A stretch of 64,000 nucleotides of DNA from a virus, in the UHGV virus genome UHGV-0125821. One strand, 5' to 3'. Under the pieces are notes generated by a model. It was not told the DNA's origin. It searched no databases and saw only the letters and a list, made by a program, of their open reading frames with translations. The position numbers and the translations under genes were made by a program. Position 1 is the first letter of the stretch; the number at the start of each line of letters is the position of its first letter. Shown one piece after another: positions 37,447 to 45,902 of this stretch.

Positions 37447-38344
37447 ATCTATAGCAAGCATAGCCATAGAAAAACAGGATACGATGGCTGAAATTAGCTA
37501 TATGCGCACCATTCGGACTCCGGATGAATATGAGCGTCCGATATTCAAATGGGTAGGTGGTAAATTCTCAGAATTGCCTACAGTGCTTGAGCATCTACCA
37601 CACGGTAAGCGGTTAATAGAACCATTCGTTGGTGGCGGTTCCGTATTTACGAATGCAGGATTTTGCCACAACCTGCTTAATGATATTAACGGTGACCTGA
37701 TTAACTTCTATCAGACATTGCAGCGAGAAGGACATTCGCTCGTCACGCTGTCATATAGTTTTTTCCAAAATTACAACAACGCTGACGCTTACCTCGAAGT
37801 GCGTGAGGCATTTAACAGAGGAAAGTATGACCAGCTACATCATGCTGCCGCCTTTTTGTACCTTAATCGGCACTGTTTTAATGGCGTAACGCGGTACAAC
37901 CAAAATGGCGAGTTCAACGTGGGGTATGGCAAATACAAAGCGCCCTACTTCCCACATGCAGAGATGGAGGCATTTTTGGCTGATGACGTACTCAAAAACA
38001 CGTCCTTTGTATCAGGTGACTTTGCTGGCGTCATCGAGGCGGCTGGTGAAGGCGATGTGATTTTTTGCGATCCGCCGTATGAACCGCTGCCGGATACAGA
38101 AGGGTTTACCAGTTATTCAGGAAATAGCTTCCGTTTCGACGAACAGAAACGGCTGGTATCTCTATTGGTGGAAGCCCACCAGCGCGGCGCTAAGGTAGTG
38201 ATAACAAATAGTGGTGCGCCAAACATCCGTGAACTATATGAAGGAAACGGGTTTAAAGTACATCATATGGCAGCCAGACGGTCGGTGTCCTGCAAGGCGT
38301 CAACACGTGTAGTTGCTAACGATATAATTGCAATAATGAAGTAA
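37439..38344 (+). CDS. dam: DNA adenine methyltransferase (Dam family)
   Basis: FKWVGGK, EPFVGGGSVF, DPPY motifs; start set at MSKSIAS. Confidence 0.85.
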   Translation: MSKSIASIAIEKQDTMAEISYMRTIRTPDEYERPIFKWVGGKFSELPTVLEHLPHGKRLIEPFVGGGSVFTNAGFCHNLLNDINGDLINFYQTLQREGHSLVTLSYSFFQNYNNADAYLEVREAFNRGKYDQLHHAAAFLYLNRHCFNGVTRYNQNGEFNVGYGKYKAPYFPHAEMEAFLADDVLKNTSFVSGDFAGVIEAAGEGDVIFCDPPYEPLPDTEGFTSYSGNSFRFDEQKRLVSLLVEAHQRGAKVVITNSGAPNIRELYEGNGFKVHHMAARRSVSCKASTRVVANDIIAIMK

Positions 38345-38346
38345 AA

Positions 38347-38376
38347 AACGCCGCAGTAGCGGCGTTTACTTTTTTA
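38347..38376. terminator. bidirectional intrinsic terminator between dam and glnS
   Basis: AACGCCGC agta GCGGCGTT with T-runs on both strands. Confidence 0.6.
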
Positions 38377-38392
38377 TGTGGCGAAATACCTA

Positions 38393-40054
38393 TTAACCTA
38401 ACTTCGCCCAGGTATCACGCAGCCCAACGGTGCGGTTAAATACCGGTTTTTCCGCCGTAGAATGGCGGCTGTCGAGGCAGAAATAACCTTCACGCTCAAA
38501 CTGGAATGCTTTACCCGCTACCGCTTCTTTCAGCGACGGTTCAGCAAAACCCTGTTTGATCACCAGCGATTCCGGGTTAATCACCGACAGGAAATCATCC
38601 GCAGCACCTGGGTTCGGCACGCTGAACAGACGATCGTACAGGCGGATTTCAACCGGCAGCGCATGTGCCGCGCTCACCCAGTGAATAACGCCTTTCACTT
38701 TACGACCATCTGCCGGATCTTTGCTTAAGGTGTCGGCGTCATAAGTACAGAAGATGGTGGTGATATTGCCTTCGGCATCTTTCTCCACGCGTTCAGCCTT
38801 AATGACGTAAGCATTACGCAGACGCACTTCTTTACCCAGCACCAGACGTTTGTACTGCTTGTTAGCTTCTTCGCGGAAATCGGCGCGGTCGATCCAAATC
38901 TCACCGCTAAACGGCACCTGACGGCTACCCATTTCCGGTTTGTTCGGATGGTTCGGCATGGTGACCATTTCGCCTTCGCCCTGGTAGTTTTCGATAACCA
39001 GTTTCACCGGATCGATAACCGCCATTGCGCGCGGCGCATTTTCGTTGAGATCTTCACGGATGCAGGATTCCAGCGACGCCATCTCAATGGTGTTGTCCTG
39101 CTTGGTCACGCCGATGCGTTTGCAGAACTCACGAATAGAAGCCGCAGTGTAACCACGACGACGCAGACCGGAAATGGTCGGCATACGCGGGTCATCCCAG
39201 CCTTCAACGTGCTTGTCGGTCACCAGCAGGTTCAGCTTACGCTTGGACATCACGGTGTATTCCAGATTCAGGCGCGAGAATTCGTACTGGCGCGGGTGAA
39301 CAGGAATGGTGATGTTGTCCAGCACCCAGTCGTACAGGCGACGGTTGTCCTGGAACTCAAGCGTACACAGAGAGTGCGTAATACCTTCCAGCGCATCGCT
39401 GATGCAATGGGTGAAGTCGTACATCGGGTAGATGCACCACTTGTTGCCAGTCTGGTGGTGTTCAGCAAATTTAATGCGGTACAGCACCGGATCGCGCATT
39501 ACGATAAATGGCGACGCCATGTCGATTTTCGCACGCAGGCAGGCTTTACCTTCTTCAAAACCACCGGTACGCATTTTTTCGAACAGCGCCAGGTTCTCTT
39601 CAACGCTGCGGTCGCGGTACGGGCTGTTTTTACCCGGCTGCGTCAGGGTGCCGCGGTATTCGCGGATCTGTTCCGGCGTCAGTTCATCAACGTACGCCAG
39701 GCCTTTATTGATCAGTTCGATCGCATAGGCGTGGAGCTGATCAAAATAATCGGAGGAGTAACGGACGTTACCAGACCAGTGAAAACCTAACCACTCAACG
39801 TCGTTTTTGATCGACTCAACATACTCGATATCTTCTTTTACCGGGTTAGTGTCGTCGAAACGCAGGTTGCACTGGCCTTTATAGTCCTGGGCGATCCCGA
39901 AGTTCAGGCAGATAGATTTCGCATGACCAATATGCAGATAGCCATTCGGTTCCGGCGGGAAACGGGTATGTACTGTGGTGTGCTTACCACTGGCCAGATC
40001 TTCATCGATGATCTGACGAATAAAGTTAGTCGGGCGGGCTTCTGCCTCACTCAT
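38393..40054 (-). CDS. glnS: glutaminyl-tRNA synthetase
   Basis: 553 aa essentially identical to enterobacterial GlnS as recalled; last residues read KLG. Confidence 0.95.
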   Translation of the reverse strand: MSEAEARPTNFIRQIIDEDLASGKHTTVHTRFPPEPNGYLHIGHAKSICLNFGIAQDYKGQCNLRFDDTNPVKEDIEYVESIKNDVEWLGFHWSGNVRYSSDYFDQLHAYAIELINKGLAYVDELTPEQIREYRGTLTQPGKNSPYRDRSVEENLALFEKMRTGGFEEGKACLRAKIDMASPFIVMRDPVLYRIKFAEHHQTGNKWCIYPMYDFTHCISDALEGITHSLCTLEFQDNRRLYDWVLDNITIPVHPRQYEFSRLNLEYTVMSKRKLNLLVTDKHVEGWDDPRMPTISGLRRRGYTAASIREFCKRIGVTKQDNTIEMASLESCIREDLNENAPRAMAVIDPVKLVIENYQGEGEMVTMPNHPNKPEMGSRQVPFSGEIWIDRADFREEANKQYKRLVLGKEVRLRNAYVIKAERVEKDAEGNITTIFCTYDADTLSKDPADGRKVKGVIHWVSAAHALPVEIRLYDRLFSVPNPGAADDFLSVINPESLVIKQGFAEPSLKEAVAGKAFQFEREGYFCLDSRHSTAEKPVFNRTVGLRDTWAKLG

Positions 40055-40225
40055 TGTGGATTCCTCAAAGCGTAAACTACGTATAACAGCGTATGATCTT
40101 ATAAGCCGAATAGGCTGACAACCACTAGTTGATTAGAAATTGCTTTCTATCGTTATTTCAATAATGAGCTTTTTCATGAAGCCCACTTTTGCGCATAAGT
40201 AAATTAATGACAAATGGTACACAAT

Positions 40226-40285
40226 TGGAACCAAAAAGGATGTAAAGGTGCACCAAATTAGTGGTGTATTGGTGCACCTTTGGTT
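40226..40285. repeat. GGTGCACC-type short repeats
   Basis: TTGGAACCA, GGTGCACCA, GGTGCACC downstream of parG-like gene. Confidence 0.4.
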
Positions 40286-40322
40286 CAAGACTTTTTAAGT
40301 TCTAAAACCAACCTGAAAGACT

Positions 40323-40610
40323 TTATTTTGCTTCCTCAGACTCCGCTAACATGAGGATAGCATGGCGGATCATATTCAATTTGCTGCGATTATGCTTTTT
40401 ACTTAACGCATCAAGTACCTGGTACTCGTATTCATTGAAACCAACACGAATAGATTTAAAATCACGTGGAGCGTCCTTATCGAGCACTTTGTTGTCTTCT
40501 GGTTGCTCACCTGGCACCAAATCAGCCTTACTGGCAAAATCCTCAATTCGGCGTTCAAGATCGGGGTCTTTTACTTCGGGGGCTTTTACCGATTTACGAG
40601 GCTTAATCAC
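40323..40610 (-). CDS. parG: ParG-like ribbon-helix-helix partition protein
   Basis: C-terminal RHH-like SIRVGFNEYEYQVLDALSKKHNRSKLNMIRHAI; coupled to ParF-like gene. Confidence 0.7.
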   Translation of the reverse strand: MIKPRKSVKAPEVKDPDLERRIEDFASKADLVPGEQPEDNKVLDKDAPRDFKSIRVGFNEYEYQVLDALSKKHNRSKLNMIRHAILMLAESEEAK

Positions 40611-41244
40611 TTAATAACTCCTTAACCAACATCTGGATTTCACCTTTAGCTTTCCCGTTGTCCATCTCAACAACGCCCTTCCCTTCAGCCATGCAATCGC
40701 GGTAAACCTTACGATCACGAATGATGGTTTTCAGCAACTTCAGTTGCGGATATTCAGCCAGGTACTCTTTGGCCTCATTGGTTTCATTCACAACCGGATT
40801 GGATGGGGCCATTGTTAAGACTGCGAACGCCTTAATGCTAGGATTAGGCATCAGGTCCAAAGCCTCTTCAAACACTTCAACAAAGTGTGCCAGCGTGTCT
40901 AAATCTGGTTGAGATGGTCTGAATGGGACCAACACAATATCTGCAGCGGTTATGCCTGTACGCATCTCTTTGCTATCGCGCCCGGCTGTATCAACAACTA
41001 CAAATTCATAACGCTTATCCAGATCGAGAAGTGTTTCTCGAATATTACCAAACTTCTGGACACAATGAATAACAGGAGAAACCTCTGCCGTGTTACGGTC
41101 AGCTGCCCAGCGGGCAGCTGTTCCTTGCTTGTCTGCATCTAGTAACACTACATCCTTATTTGCGCGGGCAAGCTCCGCACAGATGTTTACGCTTGTGGTT
41201 GATTTTCCACAGCCACCTTTTTGGCTGACTACCAATATAATCAT
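40603..41244 (-). CDS. parF: ParF-like (type Ib ParA) partition ATPase
   Basis: Walker A KGGCGKST; start set at ATG with SD GAGGAA. Confidence 0.8.
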   Translation of the reverse strand: MIILVVSQKGGCGKSTTSVNICAELARANKDVVLLDADKQGTAARWAADRNTAEVSPVIHCVQKFGNIRETLLDLDKRYEFVVVDTAGRDSKEMRTGITAADIVLVPFRPSQPDLDTLAHFVEVFEEALDLMPNPSIKAFAVLTMAPSNPVVNETNEAKEYLAEYPQLKLLKTIIRDRKVYRDCMAEGKGVVEMDNGKAKGEIQMLVKELLSD

Positions 41245-41404
41245 ATCCGTTCCTCGGTGTGATTTTGGTATCAAAACGGTTCCAGATAAGAGCCTTTTTG
41301 ATGCGGGACAGGCTCTATAATGGAGTCATGAATGTTTGGCAAAGTATAACATCAATCAGACCAAATACACCTTATATTGCATCCTATTTAACACGAAATC
41401 AGCC

Positions 41405-41485
41405 CCAAATTGGAACCAGATACAAAACTGCACCATAACAGCACCTAACTGGTGCCAGATAAACACCAATTAGGCACCATTAAGG
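41405..41485. repeat. centromere-like array of GG(T/C)(G/A)CCA motifs upstream of parF
   Basis: TGGAACCAG, TGCACCAT, GGTGCCAG, ACACCAAT, GGCACCAT. Confidence 0.45.
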
Positions 41486-41513
41486 CATAAAAAAGGCTGC
41501 AATTTGCAGCCTT
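41485..41513 (-). terminator. intrinsic terminator after parR
   Basis: AAGGCTGC aattt GCAGCCTT followed by T-run on minus strand. Confidence 0.55.
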
Positions 41514-41531
41514 AAACCAGCACATCTTCTG

Positions 41532-41876
41532 TCAATCAGGTAGAGAGTCAGCCAGATTGCGCGCCGACGCGCTTTTGGCAACAACTTGCTCCTTCACTGG
41601 CTCAATGGAGGCAGGGCGCTCCTCAACCGCAGCTGGTAGTTCCAGGAAGGATGCCAGCATTTTTCGGATCAGCTCCGGATTATTATCTTCGGTCAGCAGG
41701 GAAGCCAGTAATCCTGGAAGCCTGCTATCGACTTCTCCCAGCGCAAGCCCTGCCAACAATGCGGTTCTTGCCATATCGCTATGTTTTTTTATCTTCTCGC
41801 TCGCCGCCTTTTCATTAGCATAAGCCTCTGGGCGAAGATAAATCATCACTTTCTTACGTTCCTGAGACATGGACAT
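41532..41876 (-). CDS. parR: ParR/StbB-like centromere-binding protein
   Basis: ARTALLAGLALGEVDSRLPGLLASLLTE parallels R1 ParR. Confidence 0.7.
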   Translation of the reverse strand: MSMSQERKKVMIYLRPEAYANEKAASEKIKKHSDMARTALLAGLALGEVDSRLPGLLASLLTEDNNPELIRKMLASFLELPAAVEERPASIEPVKEQVVAKSASARNLADSLPD

Positions 41877-41883
41877 TACCTCG

Positions 41884-42864
41884 TTAACCGATTGCTTTCA
41901 GGCCATGAACAAGAGCAAGTTGCGGGTCATCCGCCACGAAGAAACGGTCATCACGAATATTAACTTGCTCGCGAATTGCATCTGCCACCAGCGGTGCGCC
42001 ACCACCGATCACCATGACATGCGTATATCCTTTAAAGTCGCCAATCACATCAAGAACGCGGGTACGCAGACGGTCAATGCTTGCGGCAATGGCCTTTTTC
42101 ACATCACCAATCGCTGATGGGTCATTGATATTGTCGTTCAGATAATCTTCATCGTGGCGGTTAATAATGAGCTGATCGACATTGTAATTTGACGTTTCGG
42201 TATTGGCTCTGGCAAGTGCTTGCCTTACTTCCCTGGTAACCAGAGAGACGCCAAGATTCGAATCGCCAAAAACACGGGAAACTGCCGTCATTTGCCCGGC
42301 GACCATTGAAACATCAAGGGTAGTTCCACCCAAATCGACGATAAGAACAGAATGGGCAGGGTTCAGATTGTCGCACAGGCCAATTCCTGCCGGAATAGAC
42401 TCCGGGCGTACCGTAACTTTCTTAATCGTGAACACATTGCCTTTATTCAGCGTGACGGGGCGCATAAGGCTGGCTTTCTTGCGCTCGATGTTATCGAGAT
42501 TGTATTGCGCGTCGTCGTCGTAAAACTCCGCCAGAGGCAGCGTGACCACAATTTCTACTTCCTGCGGCTCAATGCCACTTGTCAGCAGGGCATGGTGAAC
42601 AGCCAGGACGTTAAGCGGGCTGTATTGCCATTCCACGTTATTCGTCGGCAGAACATCTGGCGAGATCAAATCATACGAATACTTTTCGTCGTCAATGACA
42701 TAGTTAAACGGCTTGCCCGCACCAAATGTTGCTGACCATCCGCGCTTAAAGCTGTTAGGGCTGATGTGAGTGCGAGTTTCCCCGTCGTGCTCCCACAGCA
42801 TTTTGATATTGGTTGAACCATCATCGATAAAAATGCGCATCTTCTTGCTCCACTTCTGAGACAC
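41884..42864 (-). CDS. parM: ParM/StbA actin-like partition ATPase
   Basis: FIDDGSTNIK ... IVDLGGTTLD ... VMVIGGGA parallels R1 ParM. Confidence 0.85.
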   Translation of the reverse strand: MSQKWSKKMRIFIDDGSTNIKMLWEHDGETRTHISPNSFKRGWSATFGAGKPFNYVIDDEKYSYDLISPDVLPTNNVEWQYSPLNVLAVHHALLTSGIEPQEVEIVVTLPLAEFYDDDAQYNLDNIERKKASLMRPVTLNKGNVFTIKKVTVRPESIPAGIGLCDNLNPAHSVLIVDLGGTTLDVSMVAGQMTAVSRVFGDSNLGVSLVTREVRQALARANTETSNYNVDQLIINRHDEDYLNDNINDPSAIGDVKKAIAASIDRLRTRVLDVIGDFKGYTHVMVIGGGAPLVADAIREQVNIRDDRFFVADDPQLALVHGLKAIG

Positions 42865-42865
42865 A

Positions 42866-43020
42866 TTTGAGAATCAAAATGCAATTTTAAAAGAGAAGCA
42901 CCCAAAAATCCACACCAAAAGAGATAAAAAAGAGTGATTATTGAGTTCATTTTGAGAATATCTTAATCACCCAATGAATGATGGTCTGACAGTGAGATTT
43001 ATTTGAGAATGAATTGAGAA
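42866..43020. repeat. parC-like repeats upstream of parM
   Basis: at least four copies of TTGAGAAT. Confidence 0.45.
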
Positions 43021-43106
43021 TACAAAAATATTCCGAAATTTAACTCTCAGTTTGAATGACGAAATAACAAAGTGATGACAATAGGAGGATAACCAGGAGG
43101 TGAAGA

Positions 43107-43391
43107 ATGAGCGCAATAGCCACCAGCGACACCCTTTGTTCTGGTCACGGAGGATTTCCGCCGCGACTGGTAGCTGAAACTGTTCCCTGGTTCACCGTTA
43201 ACGGTAAGCCAATTGTTGTAGATGGTGCCATGTTTCCCAGTCACACTGACGGTAACAGTGCACATCCAGGGGCAGCTGTATCGACGCGAGTATGGTTTTC
43301 GATAGGTGGAAAGGGAGTTGTCTGTGTAGGCGATCCGCTTTCTTGTGGTTCTGTTATCGCCAACGGCGAGGATATTTTTCAGGTTGCATAA
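43107..43391 (+). CDS. PAAR-like baseplate spike-tip protein
   Basis: 94 aa, SD AGGAGG, Gly/His-rich PAAR-like pattern. Confidence 0.6.
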   Translation: MSAIATSDTLCSGHGGFPPRLVAETVPWFTVNGKPIVVDGAMFPSHTDGNSAHPGAAVSTRVWFSIGGKGVVCVGDPLSCGSVIANGEDIFQVA

Positions 43392-44194
43392 TGCTTGATT
43401 CAATAGGTGAAGTTAAAGCCTTCAAAATTCTGTCAGATGCCGGTATCTCTACACCAGAATCTATAACCATAAGCCGGGCAGCTTCTGTAAAAGCCTCATC
43501 GCTCGCCAGCGCCATACAGGGAATAGTTCACGCCGATAAAGCCTATCCTGATTCTGTTTCGGCCTGGACTACTCAATTGCTTGGCTTTTCTGAACAGCTC
43601 AATGAGGCCAGCAAAGCGTCTTCATTACTGGCTGATTCTCTTTCCCCATACACCAAGCCATCAGAGCTGTTACAGATGAAGATTGGCTGGGAATGCTACG
43701 TAAAAGGTAACGAGCTGACCCCCATACCTGCTTTCGCCCTTGTTGAGGGGATGGGGAATGTTTCCATTCCGCAATCTCTAACGGACGCATTGACGGCGCT
43801 AAAACTTGATGCTCTGAAAACCGCCATGAACGCCATTAACGCAAAAATAGAAGCTGCTGGAAGTGCTGGTGGTTATAGCAATGGTGGACAGGGTGGTGCT
43901 GGGGGCGCTCAGGCTCCAGTCATTACTCAGGATGAAATTGATGCTTTACGGGAAGCCGTGACAGCCGCCGAAGTTTTACTCTCCGAAATTAACTCAGCAA
44001 GTGAGAGTGTCGTAGCCCTTACAGGTCGCATTAAAACGTCAACCACTCAGGCAACCAAAGGTTTAGAGAACGCTGTCGCCATCACGTTAACTGGTTCTCT
44101 ACTGGATGATGCAGTAATGAGTCCGGCAATCAGTTTAATCATGCCACAAGGCGTTATCGATGCGCTCCAAAAGAACACCAAAAAGGAACAATAG
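43391..44194 (+). CDS. hypothetical protein
   Basis: start set at ATG overlapping PAAR stop (TAATG). Confidence 0.55.
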   Translation: MLDSIGEVKAFKILSDAGISTPESITISRAASVKASSLASAIQGIVHADKAYPDSVSAWTTQLLGFSEQLNEASKASSLLADSLSPYTKPSELLQMKIGWECYVKGNELTPIPAFALVEGMGNVSIPQSLTDALTALKLDALKTAMNAINAKIEAAGSAGGYSNGGQGGAGGAQAPVITQDEIDALREAVTAAEVLLSEINSASESVVALTGRIKTSTTQATKGLENAVAITLTGSLLDDAVMSPAISLIMPQGVIDALQKNTKKEQ

Positions 44195-44249
44195 CAACAC
44201 CACTTAGGAACACAAAAGGATGTGAATTGGTACATGTTTAACACCAAAA

Positions 44250-44723
44250 ATGAACCTGAAGAGGATGGTTTTGAAAAAGATAATTTTGATTGTAATTGCG
44301 CTTTTAGCCATTTCTGGAATTTACCGAACAACGACGGCAGTTATCGAACACATCAGGTATGTCCGATCGCTTGAAGACTCAAAATCACAACTGGAAAGCA
44401 CGAACAACACACTTTCTACCGCATTACAGTTAAGTGAGAACGCTCGCTCAGCCATGCTGACCGAAAACGAAAGAATTAAAGCACTGGAAAAGGAGTACCA
44501 GCGCAAAACAGCAGAACTGAATGCCAACCTAATCAAACAACGGGAGGAAAGCCAGAATGAAATCACTCGCCTTGAAAATGCGTTACGCCGTGCTGGGATT
44601 AACGATGTGCGTGTGCCTGATGACGTTATCAGGATGCAGCGGGAACGGGCAAAAGCCATCAACCAGCGTGCCAGTGAAAATTACCGTAGAAGCCACCAGC
44701 AGGCCGCAGGCAAATCTGATTGA
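44250..44723 (+). CDS. i-spanin (Rz-like)
   Basis: N-terminal TM helix then coiled-coil periplasmic domain. Confidence 0.65.
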   Translation: MNLKRMVLKKIILIVIALLAISGIYRTTTAVIEHIRYVRSLEDSKSQLESTNNTLSTALQLSENARSAMLTENERIKALEKEYQRKTAELNANLIKQREESQNEITRLENALRRAGINDVRVPDDVIRMQRERAKAINQRASENYRRSHQQAAGKSD

Positions 44724-44889
44724 TTACTCCCCTTGTTTAGTGCCAGAAGACACGCCAGTGCTGTTAAACAAGTATCCGACATACGCTGAACAGTTATTCA
44801 GCACGATCGACGAATGCAACCAACGAAACGCACTGAATAACCAAAGAAACAGGGAGATTTGGGAAGGGAAGGGGGATCAAGGCTCCTGA
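44557..44889 (+). CDS. o-spanin (Rz1-like lipoprotein) overlapping the i-spanin gene
   Basis: SD GGGAGGA; lipobox LSGC; Pro-rich; starts inside Rz-like ORF in +1 frame. Confidence 0.6.
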   Translation: MKSLALKMRYAVLGLTMCVCLMTLSGCSGNGQKPSTSVPVKITVEATSRPQANLIDYSPCLVPEDTPVLLNKYPTYAEQLFSTIDECNQRNALNNQRNREIWEGKGDQGS

Positions 44890-45335
44890 AGCCAGATGTC
44901 CTGGCTGTCAGCTTCTTCGAAACCGTGACAGACGTTAAAGTCACTCAAACGATACTGACGCTGACGGCCCCTATTTCGCTCATGCCAATGCATATATCCA
45001 CCAGCAAATGCCAGCGGACAATCGCTATAGTCTATGTAACCAATACCATTCCCCAAACGTGCTTCGCGCGCACCAGCTTTCCAGGACAGTAGAAAAGAGT
45101 CACGATCCGCCAGCATAACAACAAAATCGTCCGGATCTCCGATACAGTGAAGAATACCAGCCTTACATAACTGCTTGAGCGCTTTTGACTGGCTCAGGAT
45201 GTCTTCTCCGTAATACTGAAAACAATCATCAACAACAGCGGGATAGCCTGTCGGGGGATTCAGGCTGGCTGGTATAGCTGACGCGATCGCCAGCATTAAG
45301 CGATATTGTGTTTTTGATGGGTTAACGTGACTCAT
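44877..45335 (-). CDS. hypothetical protein
   Basis: 152-aa ORF. Confidence 0.55.
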   Translation of the reverse strand: MSHVNPSKTQYRLMLAIASAIPASLNPPTGYPAVVDDCFQYYGEDILSQSKALKQLCKAGILHCIGDPDDFVVMLADRDSFLLSWKAGAREARLGNGIGYIDYSDCPLAFAGGYMHWHERNRGRQRQYRLSDFNVCHGFEEADSQDIWLQEP

Positions 45336-45351
45336 TTTGTCCCTTGTTTAC

Positions 45352-45744
45352 TCATTGTCGCCATGCATTTTTTAACTCAGGAATATCTGCCATTTCAATT
45401 AACTTGCGAAGTCCAGCACTGACTTTCCCATTGCCAACCATAGCAAGCCAATCTCTTACAGCTTTCGGCATGTAGAGCGTTGCAGTTACCGGCTCTTCAA
45501 CCCTGGCAGGACATCCGCATACAGGCCATTTAATTGATTCCATAACTTCGGATGCCGGGGTGAGGGCGGGGACATTGAGTATATCTCTACCAGAAAACTG
45601 GATAACGATCCGTTCAGCGAGCGAGAGTATCTCACTTTCGGCAAGAATTGATGCCAACTGCGCCTCAACAAGAAAGCGACTTGTTGTGTTCAGAGAGTGG
45701 CTCTTAGCGCCATTTTTATACGAAACAAAGATTCGATACGCCAT
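45352..45744 (-). CDS. hypothetical protein
   Basis: 130-aa ORF. Confidence 0.55.
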   Translation of the reverse strand: MAYRIFVSYKNGAKSHSLNTTSRFLVEAQLASILAESEILSLAERIVIQFSGRDILNVPALTPASEVMESIKWPVCGCPARVEEPVTATLYMPKAVRDWLAMVGNGKVSAGLRKLIEMADIPELKNAWRQ

Positions 45745-45764
45745 AACTCTAATGATTTGTGTTA

Positions 45765-45790
45765 GAAAACTAAAATTAAATCACATAACA
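45765..45790. promoter_or_regulatory. operator-like motif copy
   Basis: TTTGTGTTAGAAAACTAAAATTAAATC between divergent genes. Confidence 0.5.
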
Positions 45791-45902
45791 ACATGAGTGT
45801 TAATAGATTTTATTTTACTAAACCTATTGACTAAATCACAAAGTAAGTATTGTTAGCCCGTCAAAAGAACCTTCACGCCGCGCCCGAATTTAGGGCTTAA
45901 CC

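Noticed and set aside
38462-39790. Several plus-strand ORFs (88, 280, 98 and 67 aa) inside the glnS region
   Set aside because: All are antisense to a clearly real, full-length glnS; typical shadow ORFs
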